A DNA stretch of 55,026 nucleotides. Origin: an uncultured Leptospirales bacterium (GTDB taxonomy: Bacteria > Spirochaetota > UBA4802 > UBA5550). Where the stretch lies: the NCBI GenBank assembly GCA_964649175.1, contig CAZYPA010000002.1, positions 1 to 55,026 of the forward strand, read 5' to 3'. The notes below the pieces were generated by a model that was not told the DNA's origin, did no database searches, and was given only the letters and a program-made list of their open reading frames with translations. Position numbers and translations under genes: made by a program. The stretch's first letter is position 1. Each line of letters begins with the position of its first letter. Positions 39,106-48,563 of this stretch are shown here, one piece after another.

Positions 39106-39825
39106 TTATAAAATTTCCCTGTACCAAAGTACTGAATTTTGAATAAGCTCTATTGAGTTTTTAAACCCAAGCTTATCCTTTATGCTCGACTTATGATTAT
39201 CAACAGTATTAACGCTTATTCCCAGCATTAAAGATATTTCCTTTGAAGCAAGCCCTTTACCAGTGAGCCTGTAAATATCAAGCTCCCTGTTTGACAAAAG
39301 CTTTGCCGGATTCAGTTCAATATTTTCAATTCCACCAACATATTTTTGAAGGATCTTTGATGACAGATTGTCACTTAAAAACAGTTCATTTTTATTTACT
39401 TTTTCAACAGCCCTGATTATTGTTTCCTGAAAAACAGTTTTAAGGAGATAACCCCTGGCACCTGCTTTTAAAGCCCTTTCAGCATATATATTCTCATCAA
39501 GCATTGAAAGCACAAGAATTTTGATATTGGAATCTATTCTCAGAATTTCCTTAATAAAGTCAAAGGCATTAACTGTTCCAGGAAAAATATCCATGATAAT
39601 CACATGAGGAGGTGTTTTTTTCACAAAGCGCAAAGCTTTTTTATAATCTGAAGTTATTCCGGTTATTCTGAATAATGAAGCTTCAGACAGCACCTGTTCA
39701 AGACCTGTAGCGTAAACAGGCTGAGAATCAACAATAAACACGTCTATTTTAGTTTTTTGATTTATTCTGCTTTTCAATTCATGCTCATAAAAAAATTTTT
39801 TAATATCTTCCATAGATGTCTGCAA
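39106..39825 (-). CDS. NarL/LuxR-family response regulator
   Basis: Receiver domain (VFIVDSQP...VIIMDI) plus a LuxR HTH (LSNRELDIYRLTGKGLASKEISLMLGISVNTVDNHK). Confidence 0.85.
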   Translation of the reverse strand: MQTSMEDIKKFFYEHELKSRINQKTKIDVFIVDSQPVYATGLEQVLSEASLFRITGITSDYKKALRFVKKTPPHVIIMDIFPGTVNAFDFIKEILRIDSNIKILVLSMLDENIYAERALKAGARGYLLKTVFQETIIRAVEKVNKNELFLSDNLSSKILQKYVGGIENIELNPAKLLSNRELDIYRLTGKGLASKEISLMLGISVNTVDNHKSSIKDKLGFKNSIELIQNSVLWYREIL

Positions 39826-39984
39826 GATTTCATTGTCAAAAACTTTTTATTTAATGTTTTACATAGATTCAATTAAAACTACATTGACAATTATTATTTT
39901 TTTTAAATAAATTATCATTTAACTTTAATTGCTAAATTGATTCTAACCTGATATTATATTAAAAATTATTATAAAAGGGATACT

Positions 39985-41097
39985 GTGATGATACTAAATT
40001 TTATTGCTGCTCTAGTTCTTCTAACAAGTACGGAATTACCAGAATTATCAAAACTACAGGTACAGGAAGTTCCGGAAGAAAAAATCATGATATTAAAAGA
40101 CATGAACGTTTCCTATGGGGATTTTGAAGATAAAATTATTGTTCAGTGGAACTATAAAGAAAAAAAAGAAGACACACAATCCTCTTACAGATTATTCAGA
40201 TCGAATTTTAAAGATAAAGACTTTATTGAGATCGCAATAACAGATGACACTGAGTATGAAGACAAAGACATAACCCCTGGGGTCAAATACTGGTACAGGG
40301 TATCACTGCTCAATCCACAAAAAGAGGAAAAAAAATCAATATTCAAATCTATTGCAGGCATATTTTCCAGAAGCAGTCCATTTCTATCTGAAGATGAATA
40401 CAATGCAGTTATAGAACCTGATACTCACAGAATCCCTGACATAGCTGTAATAGACGAGGAAATTGACGCACCTGTTATTGTATCTGCAATGAGCAAATCT
40501 AACAGCTATTCAGGTTTTGCATATCCTGAAAAGCCAAAGGGAGAAAATCTTGCTCATCTTATGGCAATGAAAAAAGAAACACTAAAAAATCCTTCTACAA
40601 AAGACCAGAAAGACATACAGGATAAGCGGCTGGGTTACCTTAAACAATTCTACATGAATCAGGTTAAATTTTCTCTTGTTATGGTGATGGCAAAACCCTA
40701 TATAGAAAAGGGTGATCTTTTAATATTTACTGATTTAAACAACTATAAAATAAATGAAGCAGAAAAACAGATTGTCTTTTACAATGAATCATATAATTAT
40801 TCAATTACATTTGAGTCAGGGAAGATGATTAGAATATTAAATGAATTCAATGACCAGGAGTTAAAAGAAATACTTTTAAACAATGCTGAACTGTTTTGCA
40901 TTCCTTCAGGTAAAAAAGAATATAAGGGAGAGGATAACATAACACGCGTTATATACACCTATGATGCTGTAGGCTTGTCAACCAGATACCTGAAAAATGA
41001 TTCACAATGGAGATCAAGAACCATTATGATAGCTACTTCAAGATCTGATCTCAAAAAACAACTACTGGAAGCTTCTCAACCTTTAGGAGATTTTTAA
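39985..41097 (+). CDS. Secreted protein with an FN3-like domain, function unknown
   Basis: 370 aa with a signal-like N-terminus. IIVQWNY...YRLFRS...TPGVKYWYRVSLLN resembles an FN3 strand pattern. Confidence 0.5.
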   Translation: MMILNFIAALVLLTSTELPELSKLQVQEVPEEKIMILKDMNVSYGDFEDKIIVQWNYKEKKEDTQSSYRLFRSNFKDKDFIEIAITDDTEYEDKDITPGVKYWYRVSLLNPQKEEKKSIFKSIAGIFSRSSPFLSEDEYNAVIEPDTHRIPDIAVIDEEIDAPVIVSAMSKSNSYSGFAYPEKPKGENLAHLMAMKKETLKNPSTKDQKDIQDKRLGYLKQFYMNQVKFSLVMVMAKPYIEKGDLLIFTDLNNYKINEAEKQIVFYNESYNYSITFESGKMIRILNEFNDQELKEILLNNAELFCIPSGKKEYKGEDNITRVIYTYDAVGLSTRYLKNDSQWRSRTIMIATSRSDLKKQLLEASQPLGDF

Positions 41098-41108
41098 AAT
41101 ACTGATTA

Positions 41109-42053
41109 TTATTTGTCCGGGTTCTTTTTTTGAGCTTTAGTTTTGGAATCAGGTGCCTTTTCTACAGAAGTTGAAGAAACTTTTGTTTTTTCAACAACTC
41201 CCTTTTTTGTGGCATTTGATTTCACTGAACTCTTTAAATCTGATTTAGATTTTGCTGTTTTTGCTACAGCCTTTTTTACAGATGGCTTCTTTGAAGTTTT
41301 TGCCTCTGGTTTAGCCTTTACTGCTTTTACAGAAGATTTTTTTGAGGATGAAGCAGGCGATTTCTTTTGAGCAGGAACTTTTTCTGTTTCCTTTTCAACA
41401 AGGCTTAATCTGCTGTTCTCAAGATGATAATGACGATCAGCTATTTTTATAAGATTCTGATCATGTGTTACAAGAACAATTGAGATGCCCCGTTTTTCCT
41501 TTAATTCAATAAATAAATTTTTTATCTCCACTGCAGTAACAACATCAAGATTTCCTGTTGGCTCATCTGCAAGAAGCAAGGCAGGCCTATTAATAATAGC
41601 CCTGGCAATAGCAACACGCTGTCTTTCTCCACCTGAAAGAGTAACTGGTTTTTGTTTTAAAATACCGGAAATACCTAAAATTTCAGATATATCAATTATT
41701 TCCTTATGAACATTTTTAGGGAATATTCTTTTAAGTGATGGATACCTTATATTTTCATAAGCAGATAGATCAGGAAGCAGATTAAAAAACTGGAAAACAA
41801 ATCCTATTTTTTTATTACGAAAAGATGATTTTTTAAAATCCCACCAGTTCACTATATCCGAATCTTTATACAAAACCTTGCCTGTATCAGGTTTAAGAAG
41901 CCCGGAAATTATTCCAAGAAGAGATGTTTTACCTGTACCGCTTTTACCGGTTATAGCTATAATTTCACCCTTTTTTACATTAAAAGAAACATCATCGAGG
42001 ATTATTCTTTTGCCAAATGAAAGCGATATATTTTTAAGATTAAGCAGCATCAC
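41109..42053 (-). CDS. ABC transporter ATP-binding protein (LolD/MacB/FtsE-like) with a Lys/Ser/Ala-rich C-terminal tail
   Basis: Walker A GKSGTGKTS, signature LSGGERQRVAIARA and Walker B LLLADEPTGNLD, followed by a low-complexity basic tail of about 90 aa. Confidence 0.88.
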   Translation of the reverse strand: MMLLNLKNISLSFGKRIILDDVSFNVKKGEIIAITGKSGTGKTSLLGIISGLLKPDTGKVLYKDSDIVNWWDFKKSSFRNKKIGFVFQFFNLLPDLSAYENIRYPSLKRIFPKNVHKEIIDISEILGISGILKQKPVTLSGGERQRVAIARAIINRPALLLADEPTGNLDVVTAVEIKNLFIELKEKRGISIVLVTHDQNLIKIADRHYHLENSRLSLVEKETEKVPAQKKSPASSSKKSSVKAVKAKPEAKTSKKPSVKKAVAKTAKSKSDLKSSVKSNATKKGVVEKTKVSSTSVEKAPDSKTKAQKKNPDK

Positions 42054-43330
42054 TATCTCCTCACAGCCTTAAACAGGTTTATATTGGAAGCAAAAATTGC
42101 AGGCATAAAAGCCGATGCTGCACAAATAGAAGACGACAGCAGAATTGACAACAAAAGTACATCCGGACCATTGCTTTGAAAAGAAACATTGCTTAAAAAT
42201 GGAACCCATGTAGAGAGCAAATTATTGGCATGTCTGATTATTATATTCCCTAAATAAAATCCTGCTCCTCCATAAAAAGCCCCTATACAGGCAGCTTCCA
42301 CAAGAAAGAAAAACAAAATCTGTAGCTTGGAAAAACCGAGTACCCGCTTGAGTGAAAACTTTTGACTTCTGATATAAACAAGTGTTAAATATGAGTTGAA
42401 AATTGAAATAACAGAAACTATAAAAAACACTGCAAGTATTGAAAAGAATACTCCATCAATTACAGACATTATCTGCCTGCTTTTTTCAACTATATCTTTT
42501 TGCGACTCAACTTTCAGCCCCATTGCTGCCAGGCTCTTTTGTATCTCAGGAAGGTTGTCAGTATCCTTAACCTTTGCATAAATAACAACATATTCAAATC
42601 CGGCTGACTTCCCTGTTTCCTTTTGATATCTGGAAGCAATTGCTTCAATATAGGATGCTGGAAGAACAAGGCCTGTAAAATTTATTATATCAGTAAAGCT
42701 GAATATTTCTGCATCAAAGTCGTAAGACCTGTAAGCTTTGCTTTGTCTTTGACCTGTTACAAATCTTAATTCAACAGGAAAGCCCAGAAACTCCTTTTTG
42801 TTTATAGCAGGCATTCCGCTCATTGCAAGATAGTTGTTTAATATATCCAGTGCAAATCCCGGCACAATAACAGGTGCAGGATCTTTGTTTACAAAACTTT
42901 GCCAGTTCTTCACCTTCCCTTTTAGGGCGCCCCTGTCAATACCGCAAACAGGCAGGTATATCTCTTTTCTCTGCCCTAAAAGCTCTCCTCGTATGCGCAC
43001 ATTAAAACCAACTCTGCTTAATGCATTTACTTCCTTGAATTGAGGCATATTTTTTATTCTTGAAGCTGTAGCTGGTGTAATAAAAGGAGAGCCGGGCTTT
43101 TTGACAAAATCAACAGACTTTGCATTGGCTGGTATTATTTTTATTTCATCACTTGCAAGATTATCAAGGAGAGAACCCCCGATATAGGAAGTTACAGAAT
43201 CCCGCATGGAAATATAAATAGCAAAAAAAATCACAAGAAAAAGAATACCAAATCCTGCAATAAAAGACCTTAGTATATTAAAAAAGTTTTCTTTTGCTGA
43301 AAAAATAATTTTATAAAAAAACGCTCTCAT
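42053..43330 (-). CDS. ABC transporter permease, FtsX/MacB/LolC-like
   Basis: N-terminal TM, a large periplasmic domain and a C-terminal FtsX-type TM bundle. The stop overlaps the ATPase start. ATG at 43330 is preferred over the track start at 43417. Confidence 0.75.
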   Translation of the reverse strand: MRAFFYKIIFSAKENFFNILRSFIAGFGILFLVIFFAIYISMRDSVTSYIGGSLLDNLASDEIKIIPANAKSVDFVKKPGSPFITPATASRIKNMPQFKEVNALSRVGFNVRIRGELLGQRKEIYLPVCGIDRGALKGKVKNWQSFVNKDPAPVIVPGFALDILNNYLAMSGMPAINKKEFLGFPVELRFVTGQRQSKAYRSYDFDAEIFSFTDIINFTGLVLPASYIEAIASRYQKETGKSAGFEYVVIYAKVKDTDNLPEIQKSLAAMGLKVESQKDIVEKSRQIMSVIDGVFFSILAVFFIVSVISIFNSYLTLVYIRSQKFSLKRVLGFSKLQILFFFLVEAACIGAFYGGAGFYLGNIIIRHANNLLSTWVPFLSNVSFQSNGPDVLLLSILLSSSICAASAFMPAIFASNINLFKAVRR

Positions 43331-43373
43331 TATAACAAATTTTTCTCTATGAAATACTTTTATATTTACTAAA

Positions 43374-43388
43374 ACAATTATAGTGCCA
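43374..43388 (-). promoter_or_regulatory. Sigma54-like -24/-12 element (weak candidate)
   Basis: The minus strand reads TGGCAC-TATAA-TTGT about 45 nt upstream of the permease ATG. The -12 element is TTGT rather than TTGC. Confidence 0.25.
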
Positions 43389-43565
43389 TCAGTATTATTT
43401 GCAGTAGAAATAGTCAAGTAATAGTTTTACAGGCCAATTAAACTGATATTTAAATACCATAAAGTTAAACCATCTGTTATTCCCTATGAAACATTTTCCT
43501 TGACTTTTTTATCATGTAAAATCTATTGAAATATAAAGAAATATTTTAATATAAAATTGCTTCTG

Positions 43566-43660
43566 TATAGTCCCCTTAAATCCCCTGAAGAGGGACTTAT
43601 CAACTTTAATTTTTTTATCCCCTTTCCAGAGGATTCAGGGGTTTTAAAAACACTTTTTTC
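43566..43660 (+). promoter_or_regulatory. Structured leader upstream of pheS (possible attenuator)
   Basis: Three CCCC(T) and two GGGG/GGG blocks allow alternative pairings. The last hairpin (CCCCT...AGGGG) is followed by TTTT. Confidence 0.3.
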
Positions 43661-43674
43661 AGGATTAAATTATT

Positions 43675-44706
43675 ATGATAGAACAAATCAACATTATAAA
43701 AGACAAAGCTTTACAGCTTATTCAGGCTGCATCAACAAATGACAAGCTTGAAGAAATTCGTGTTAAGGTCCTTGGACGGAAAGGAGAACTTACTCTTATA
43801 CTGCGAACGCTCGGTGAATTATCTGCTGAGAAAAGAGCTGCTGTAGGGAAAAGATCAAATGAAGTAAAAAAAATAATAGAAGAAGGCCTTGCATCGCGCA
43901 AGCAAAAGCTCTCTGCTTCAAGCTACAGTGACCTTGCAATAAAGGAATGGATAGATGTAACCCTGAACCCGCCACACTCTGAGCTGGTAAAAAGCAGGGG
44001 CTATTTGCACCCCATATCACAGATACAGTACGAAATTGAAGATATATTTACATCAATGGGATTCCAGGTCCTTGATGGGCCTGAAGCTGAAACAGACTAC
44101 TACAACTTTGAAGCTCTCAACATCCCCCAGTTTCATCCTGCCAGGGATATGCAGGATACATTCTGGACAGAGGATGGAAACCTTCTAAGAACCCATACCT
44201 CCTCCATACAGATAAGAGGCATGGAAAAGATAAAACCCCCTTTCAGGGTAGTTGGACCTGGACGTGTTTTCAGATATGAATCAACTGATGCTTCACATGA
44301 GAATACTTTTTACCAGGTTGAGGGGATGATGGTAGACAGGGATATCTCAGTTTCAAATTTAATATATATAATGAAACAACTTTTAAGTGAAATCTTTCAT
44401 AGGGATGTTCATGTCAGATTACGCCCTGGTTACTTCCCCTTTGTTGAACCAGGATTTGAACTGGACATAAACTGTTTAATCTGTGAAGGCACAGGATGCA
44501 GCGTATGCAAGCAATCCGGCTGGGTTGAACTCCTTCCCTGCGGACTGGTTCACCCCAATGTACTTAAACAGGGCGGGATAGACCCTGATCAATGGTCCGG
44601 CTTTGCTTTTGGGCTGGGACTGAACAGGCTTATAATGATGAAATACGGAATAACTGACATACGCCATTTCCTGAGCGGCGACATCCGATTTGTAAAACAA
44701 TTCTAA
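43675..44706 (+). CDS. pheS: Phenylalanine--tRNA ligase alpha subunit
   Basis: 343 aa with class II motifs (FRYESTDASHENTFYQVEG, GFAFGLGLNRL). Confidence 0.95.
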   Translation: MIEQINIIKDKALQLIQAASTNDKLEEIRVKVLGRKGELTLILRTLGELSAEKRAAVGKRSNEVKKIIEEGLASRKQKLSASSYSDLAIKEWIDVTLNPPHSELVKSRGYLHPISQIQYEIEDIFTSMGFQVLDGPEAETDYYNFEALNIPQFHPARDMQDTFWTEDGNLLRTHTSSIQIRGMEKIKPPFRVVGPGRVFRYESTDASHENTFYQVEGMMVDRDISVSNLIYIMKQLLSEIFHRDVHVRLRPGYFPFVEPGFELDINCLICEGTGCSVCKQSGWVELLPCGLVHPNVLKQGGIDPDQWSGFAFGLGLNRLIMMKYGITDIRHFLSGDIRFVKQF

Positions 44707-44720
44707 AAGGATAAAACATT

Positions 44721-47114
44721 ATGTGGATATCATTAAAAATTATAAATAACATGGTAGATATAAGCAACATTGCCCCTGAAGAGCTGGCAAACAGACTTAC
44801 AATGGCAACAGCTGAGATAGAAGGAATCGAATACCTTAACCATAATTTCAAAACAATATATGCAGCAAAACTGACTAAAGTAGAACCCCATCCCAATGCT
44901 GACAAGCTTACCCTCTGTGAGGTTGATACAGGCACAGAAAAAGTCCAGGTCGTATGTGGAGCTAACAATCATAAAGCAGGGGACATGGTTGCACTTGCTG
45001 CAGTTGGTACAAAAATCACTGAAGATTTTATTATTAAAAAATCTAAAATCCGCGGTGTAGAGTCAAATGGCATGCTATGCTCGGAAAAAGAACTTGGTAT
45101 TTCAGATGATCATGAGGGGGTAATCATTCTCCCATCTGACACTACACCTGGAAAGACACTGGATAAAATTTATCCTGAACTGCTGGACATACGCTTTGAA
45201 ATTGACAACAAATCAATTACCCACAGACCTGACCTCTGGGGTCATGAAGGTTTTGCAAGAGAAATCGGAGCGCTTTTTAACAAACCTGTTAAAAGCCCTG
45301 TGAACAAAAGCCTGGAAAAAACCTTTAAAAATCTGGAAAAGCTTGAAATCGAAATTTTAAAACCTGAAATTGCAGCCAGATACAGCGCACTTGCTATTAA
45401 AGGAATAAAAATAAAAGAATCTCCTGAATGGCTTAAAGCAATGGTTAGATCAATTGGCATGCGCCCTATCAATAATATAGTTGATATAACAAACTATGTT
45501 ATGGCCGAAATTGGTGAGCCCATGCACGCCTTTGACAGAAATAAACTCAATGGCAATAAAATTTTTATAAGAACAGCTCATGAAAACGAAACTATTACCA
45601 CTCTGGATAAAAAGGAACACAAGCTGACTCCGGAGGATATTGTAATAGCTGATCAAAAAGGCCCCATTGCTTTAGCAGGAGTAATGGGTGGAGGCAATAG
45701 CGAAATCAATGACAATACAACAGAGATAGTTTTAGAAGCTGCCTGCTTTAACCCTGTAAACATAAGAAAAACCGCACAGAGGTTTGGCGCACGTACAGAT
45801 GCCTCCATGAGATTTGAAAAATCCCTGTCACCGGAAATTACTATTGATGCGCTATTGAGATGCTTTGAGCTTATAAAAGAAGCAATCCCCGGAGCTGAAG
45901 CTATTACAGAAATTATTGATCATTACCCCGGGAAAATGGAGCCTGTAATTATACAAACATCATCTGACTATATAAGAAGAAAACTTGGACAGAACATTGA
46001 TGATAAAAGAATAACAGATATTATTGAGTCCCTGAATTTTGACATAAAAAAAACAGGAACCAGCATGGAGATTACTGTTCCTCACTTTCGCGCAACAAAG
46101 GACATATCCATTGCTGATGACATTGTTGAAGAAGTGGGGCGAATCTACGGATATGACAACATAGCACCCGTTGCTCCACTTATACCATGTGTTCCTCCTG
46201 CACAAAACGGGTTCAGAAGATTTGAACGAGCTGCTAAATCTATTCTCACCAATTCATTCAACATGATTGAAGTTATGGGATATTCCTTTACAGGAGAAAA
46301 AATTCTCAATGATCTTGGAATTAACGAAGAAAAAGAGCTAAGGCTAAGAAACCCTTTGTCTGTAGAACATGACAGATTAAGGAGAAGCATAATCCCTGAG
46401 ATTATTCGATTCATTCAAAAAAACCAGAGGTATTCAGACAACTTTAATATTTATGAGCTGGGCAGAGTATATATAAAGGATGACAGAAAAACAAAAACCC
46501 TTATTTCTGAAAACACTCGGGTTGCAGGGGCTGTTTTCATGAAAAAACATAAAAGCCCCTTATTTTTTGAAGTCAAAAATATTGCCTATGGACTTCTTGA
46601 ACAGCTAAGGGTTAAAAATTTCAAGCTGATTCCTGAACAGGAGGCCCTCCCCCCCTATGCTCATCCAGGCAGATCAATGCGAATAATGATTGAAGATAAA
46701 ATCGCAGGTTTTATTTTTGAACTCCATCCTGAAACATCTGAAAAATTTGAAATAAATGGAACAGCAGCAATATTTGATATTGATCTCAATGTTGCATTTG
46801 AATCTCAAAAGCGTGAAACAAAATTCAGGGAATTACAAAAATATCAAAGTGTACCATTTGAAATATCAGTGCTTGCAGAAAAATACTGTTACAGCGAGGA
46901 TATACTCTCTATAATCAGAAAAAGCAGCAGATACATACAGAGCGCGGAAATTGTTTCAATTTATGAAGGCGTTCCGGTTCCTAAAGGGAAAAAATCTGTT
47001 TCAATAAAAGTTGTTTTCGCATCATCTGACAAAACACTGACTCATGATGATATTGAAGAAACACAAAATAAAATAATTGCAGACATTAACAAGGCAGGAT
47101 TTTCACTGAGATAA
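44721..47114 (+). CDS. pheT: Phenylalanine--tRNA ligase beta subunit
   Basis: 797 aa with an N-terminal tRNA-binding OB fold (HPNADKLTLCEVDTG), B3/4 and B5 domains and a C-terminal FDX-ACB domain. Confidence 0.95.
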   Translation: MWISLKIINNMVDISNIAPEELANRLTMATAEIEGIEYLNHNFKTIYAAKLTKVEPHPNADKLTLCEVDTGTEKVQVVCGANNHKAGDMVALAAVGTKITEDFIIKKSKIRGVESNGMLCSEKELGISDDHEGVIILPSDTTPGKTLDKIYPELLDIRFEIDNKSITHRPDLWGHEGFAREIGALFNKPVKSPVNKSLEKTFKNLEKLEIEILKPEIAARYSALAIKGIKIKESPEWLKAMVRSIGMRPINNIVDITNYVMAEIGEPMHAFDRNKLNGNKIFIRTAHENETITTLDKKEHKLTPEDIVIADQKGPIALAGVMGGGNSEINDNTTEIVLEAACFNPVNIRKTAQRFGARTDASMRFEKSLSPEITIDALLRCFELIKEAIPGAEAITEIIDHYPGKMEPVIIQTSSDYIRRKLGQNIDDKRITDIIESLNFDIKKTGTSMEITVPHFRATKDISIADDIVEEVGRIYGYDNIAPVAPLIPCVPPAQNGFRRFERAAKSILTNSFNMIEVMGYSFTGEKILNDLGINEEKELRLRNPLSVEHDRLRRSIIPEIIRFIQKNQRYSDNFNIYELGRVYIKDDRKTKTLISENTRVAGAVFMKKHKSPLFFEVKNIAYGLLEQLRVKNFKLIPEQEALPPYAHPGRSMRIMIEDKIAGFIFELHPETSEKFEINGTAAIFDIDLNVAFESQKRETKFRELQKYQSVPFEISVLAEKYCYSEDILSIIRKSSRYIQSAEIVSIYEGVPVPKGKKSVSIKVVFASSDKTLTHDDIEETQNKIIADINKAGFSLR

Positions 47115-47642
47115 TCAGCTGAAATATTTAAGCTCCAGATAGGATCTCCTTTCAAAACGGGAGAGTCCAAGTCTGGCTGCAATATCAAAAAGTTCCTTTT
47201 CTACATCAACACTCATGGGGCTTTGCTTTTCAATTTCAACAAATTCACCAAGCCCATCAACACTATCCAGAGTAATTTTTAAATCATCCATGAAATATAA
47301 CTCCCTCTTTTTCTTTATTTCCCCGCTTTTAATAAATCCAAGTGCATTTAATATATGGGAAAAAACCTCCATATCTTCTATTCCGGTTTCATGTTCTATT
47401 CGGGCCTTTGTTTCCATGCTAATCTTTGGCCCCTTATATGTGATTAGACACCTGCCACTAACAAGGCGCAAACGCAAAGCCTCATCTGTTTCTCCAAAAT
47501 CCCTTAATGGGTGGTTAAAATACAAGTCCCTTTCTTCTCTGGTTTCAATATACCTGGCGCCAATATTGAAGAGATTTTTTTTTGTCTCCACCGGATTGTC
47601 ATTATAGGCTTTTATTTCAATTTCCAGAATTTTATGTTCCAC
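47115..47642 (-). CDS. CYTH-domain protein (class IV adenylate cyclase / triphosphatase family)
   Basis: 175 aa with the ExExK motif (EIEIK) near the N-terminus and EALRLR...ITYKGP. GTG start sharing 1 nt with the upstream stop. Confidence 0.75.
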   Translation of the reverse strand: MEHKILEIEIKAYNDNPVETKKNLFNIGARYIETREERDLYFNHPLRDFGETDEALRLRLVSGRCLITYKGPKISMETKARIEHETGIEDMEVFSHILNALGFIKSGEIKKKRELYFMDDLKITLDSVDGLGEFVEIEKQSPMSVDVEKELFDIAARLGLSRFERRSYLELKYFS

Positions 47643-48424
47643 TAATTCCTGCTCATAGGGCCGCTTATTGAAAGACCATCTGCACCAATTGATTTTTTGG
47701 CTTTGCCATTGATTGTTATTATTATACTGTCTATTCCGTCAAATTCAGTAGCAGTGTAAATTATCTGTTGAAGCCTTTTAATGAGGATCTGCCCGGGTGC
47801 ATCCTCTTCAATTATACTGGAAAAATCAATTTCCGCAGTTCTCCCCTTTATTGCAGCTTTGTTGACTTTAAGTCCTGGAGGAACAGCACTTAAATATCCG
47901 GCTGCTTTTTCATAGGCTGATGGCCCTGCAATAAGATTTTCCAGACTCAGTGTAATAATATTTTTATCAGAAACTTTACGCCTTACAGGGCTGAGATAAA
48001 GCTCTTCTGTTTTTTCATCAAGTTTAAGAAAATATACCTTTACATCAATAGATTTCTCTGCTGAAATTTTTTTATCCTCATCCTGCAGAGCATTTTCTTT
48101 TTTATCTTCTTTTGCAATTTTTTCAATAGAAGAATCCGTGTCCAGCTTTTCCATATCCTTTTTCTCAATTACCACTGCACCCTTTCCATGTTCTTTAAAA
48201 AGATCATTGTCATGCCTGTTCATTTTAAAAGGAAAACTTTCATAGGAGATATTAATCAAAAAAACAATAACAGTTAAAAGAAAAAGGATAATGAGCATAT
48301 AAAGCGGCCCCCTGCCCCTATCCTGAGTTGGCAGCTTTTTTTTAGAAGGACTTTTAGTAGCTTTGACAGTGGATGAGCTTTTTTTCTTTGCAGAAGATGT
48401 TTTAACCTTTTTTCCCGCAGCCAT
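47642..48424 (-). CDS. GerMN-domain membrane-anchored protein with a Lys/Ser-rich N-terminus
   Basis: 260 aa with a basic N-terminus, one TM and a GerMN-like C-terminus (LENLIAGPS...GYLSAVPPG...IDFS). Confidence 0.6.
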   Translation of the reverse strand: MAAGKKVKTSSAKKKSSSTVKATKSPSKKKLPTQDRGRGPLYMLIILFLLTVIVFLINISYESFPFKMNRHDNDLFKEHGKGAVVIEKKDMEKLDTDSSIEKIAKEDKKENALQDEDKKISAEKSIDVKVYFLKLDEKTEELYLSPVRRKVSDKNIITLSLENLIAGPSAYEKAAGYLSAVPPGLKVNKAAIKGRTAEIDFSSIIEEDAPGQILIKRLQQIIYTATEFDGIDSIIITINGKAKKSIGADGLSISGPMSRN

Positions 48425-48563
48425 TGATTACCTTAAATAAAATTTAAATTAAATTATTATTCTATCTTGACTAAGTTTACCGTAGCATATATTCTATGTT
48501 AGTATGCCATGTTATAATACAGAAAATTACTGCTCAACAATAATTTATAGAAATTGAATAATT

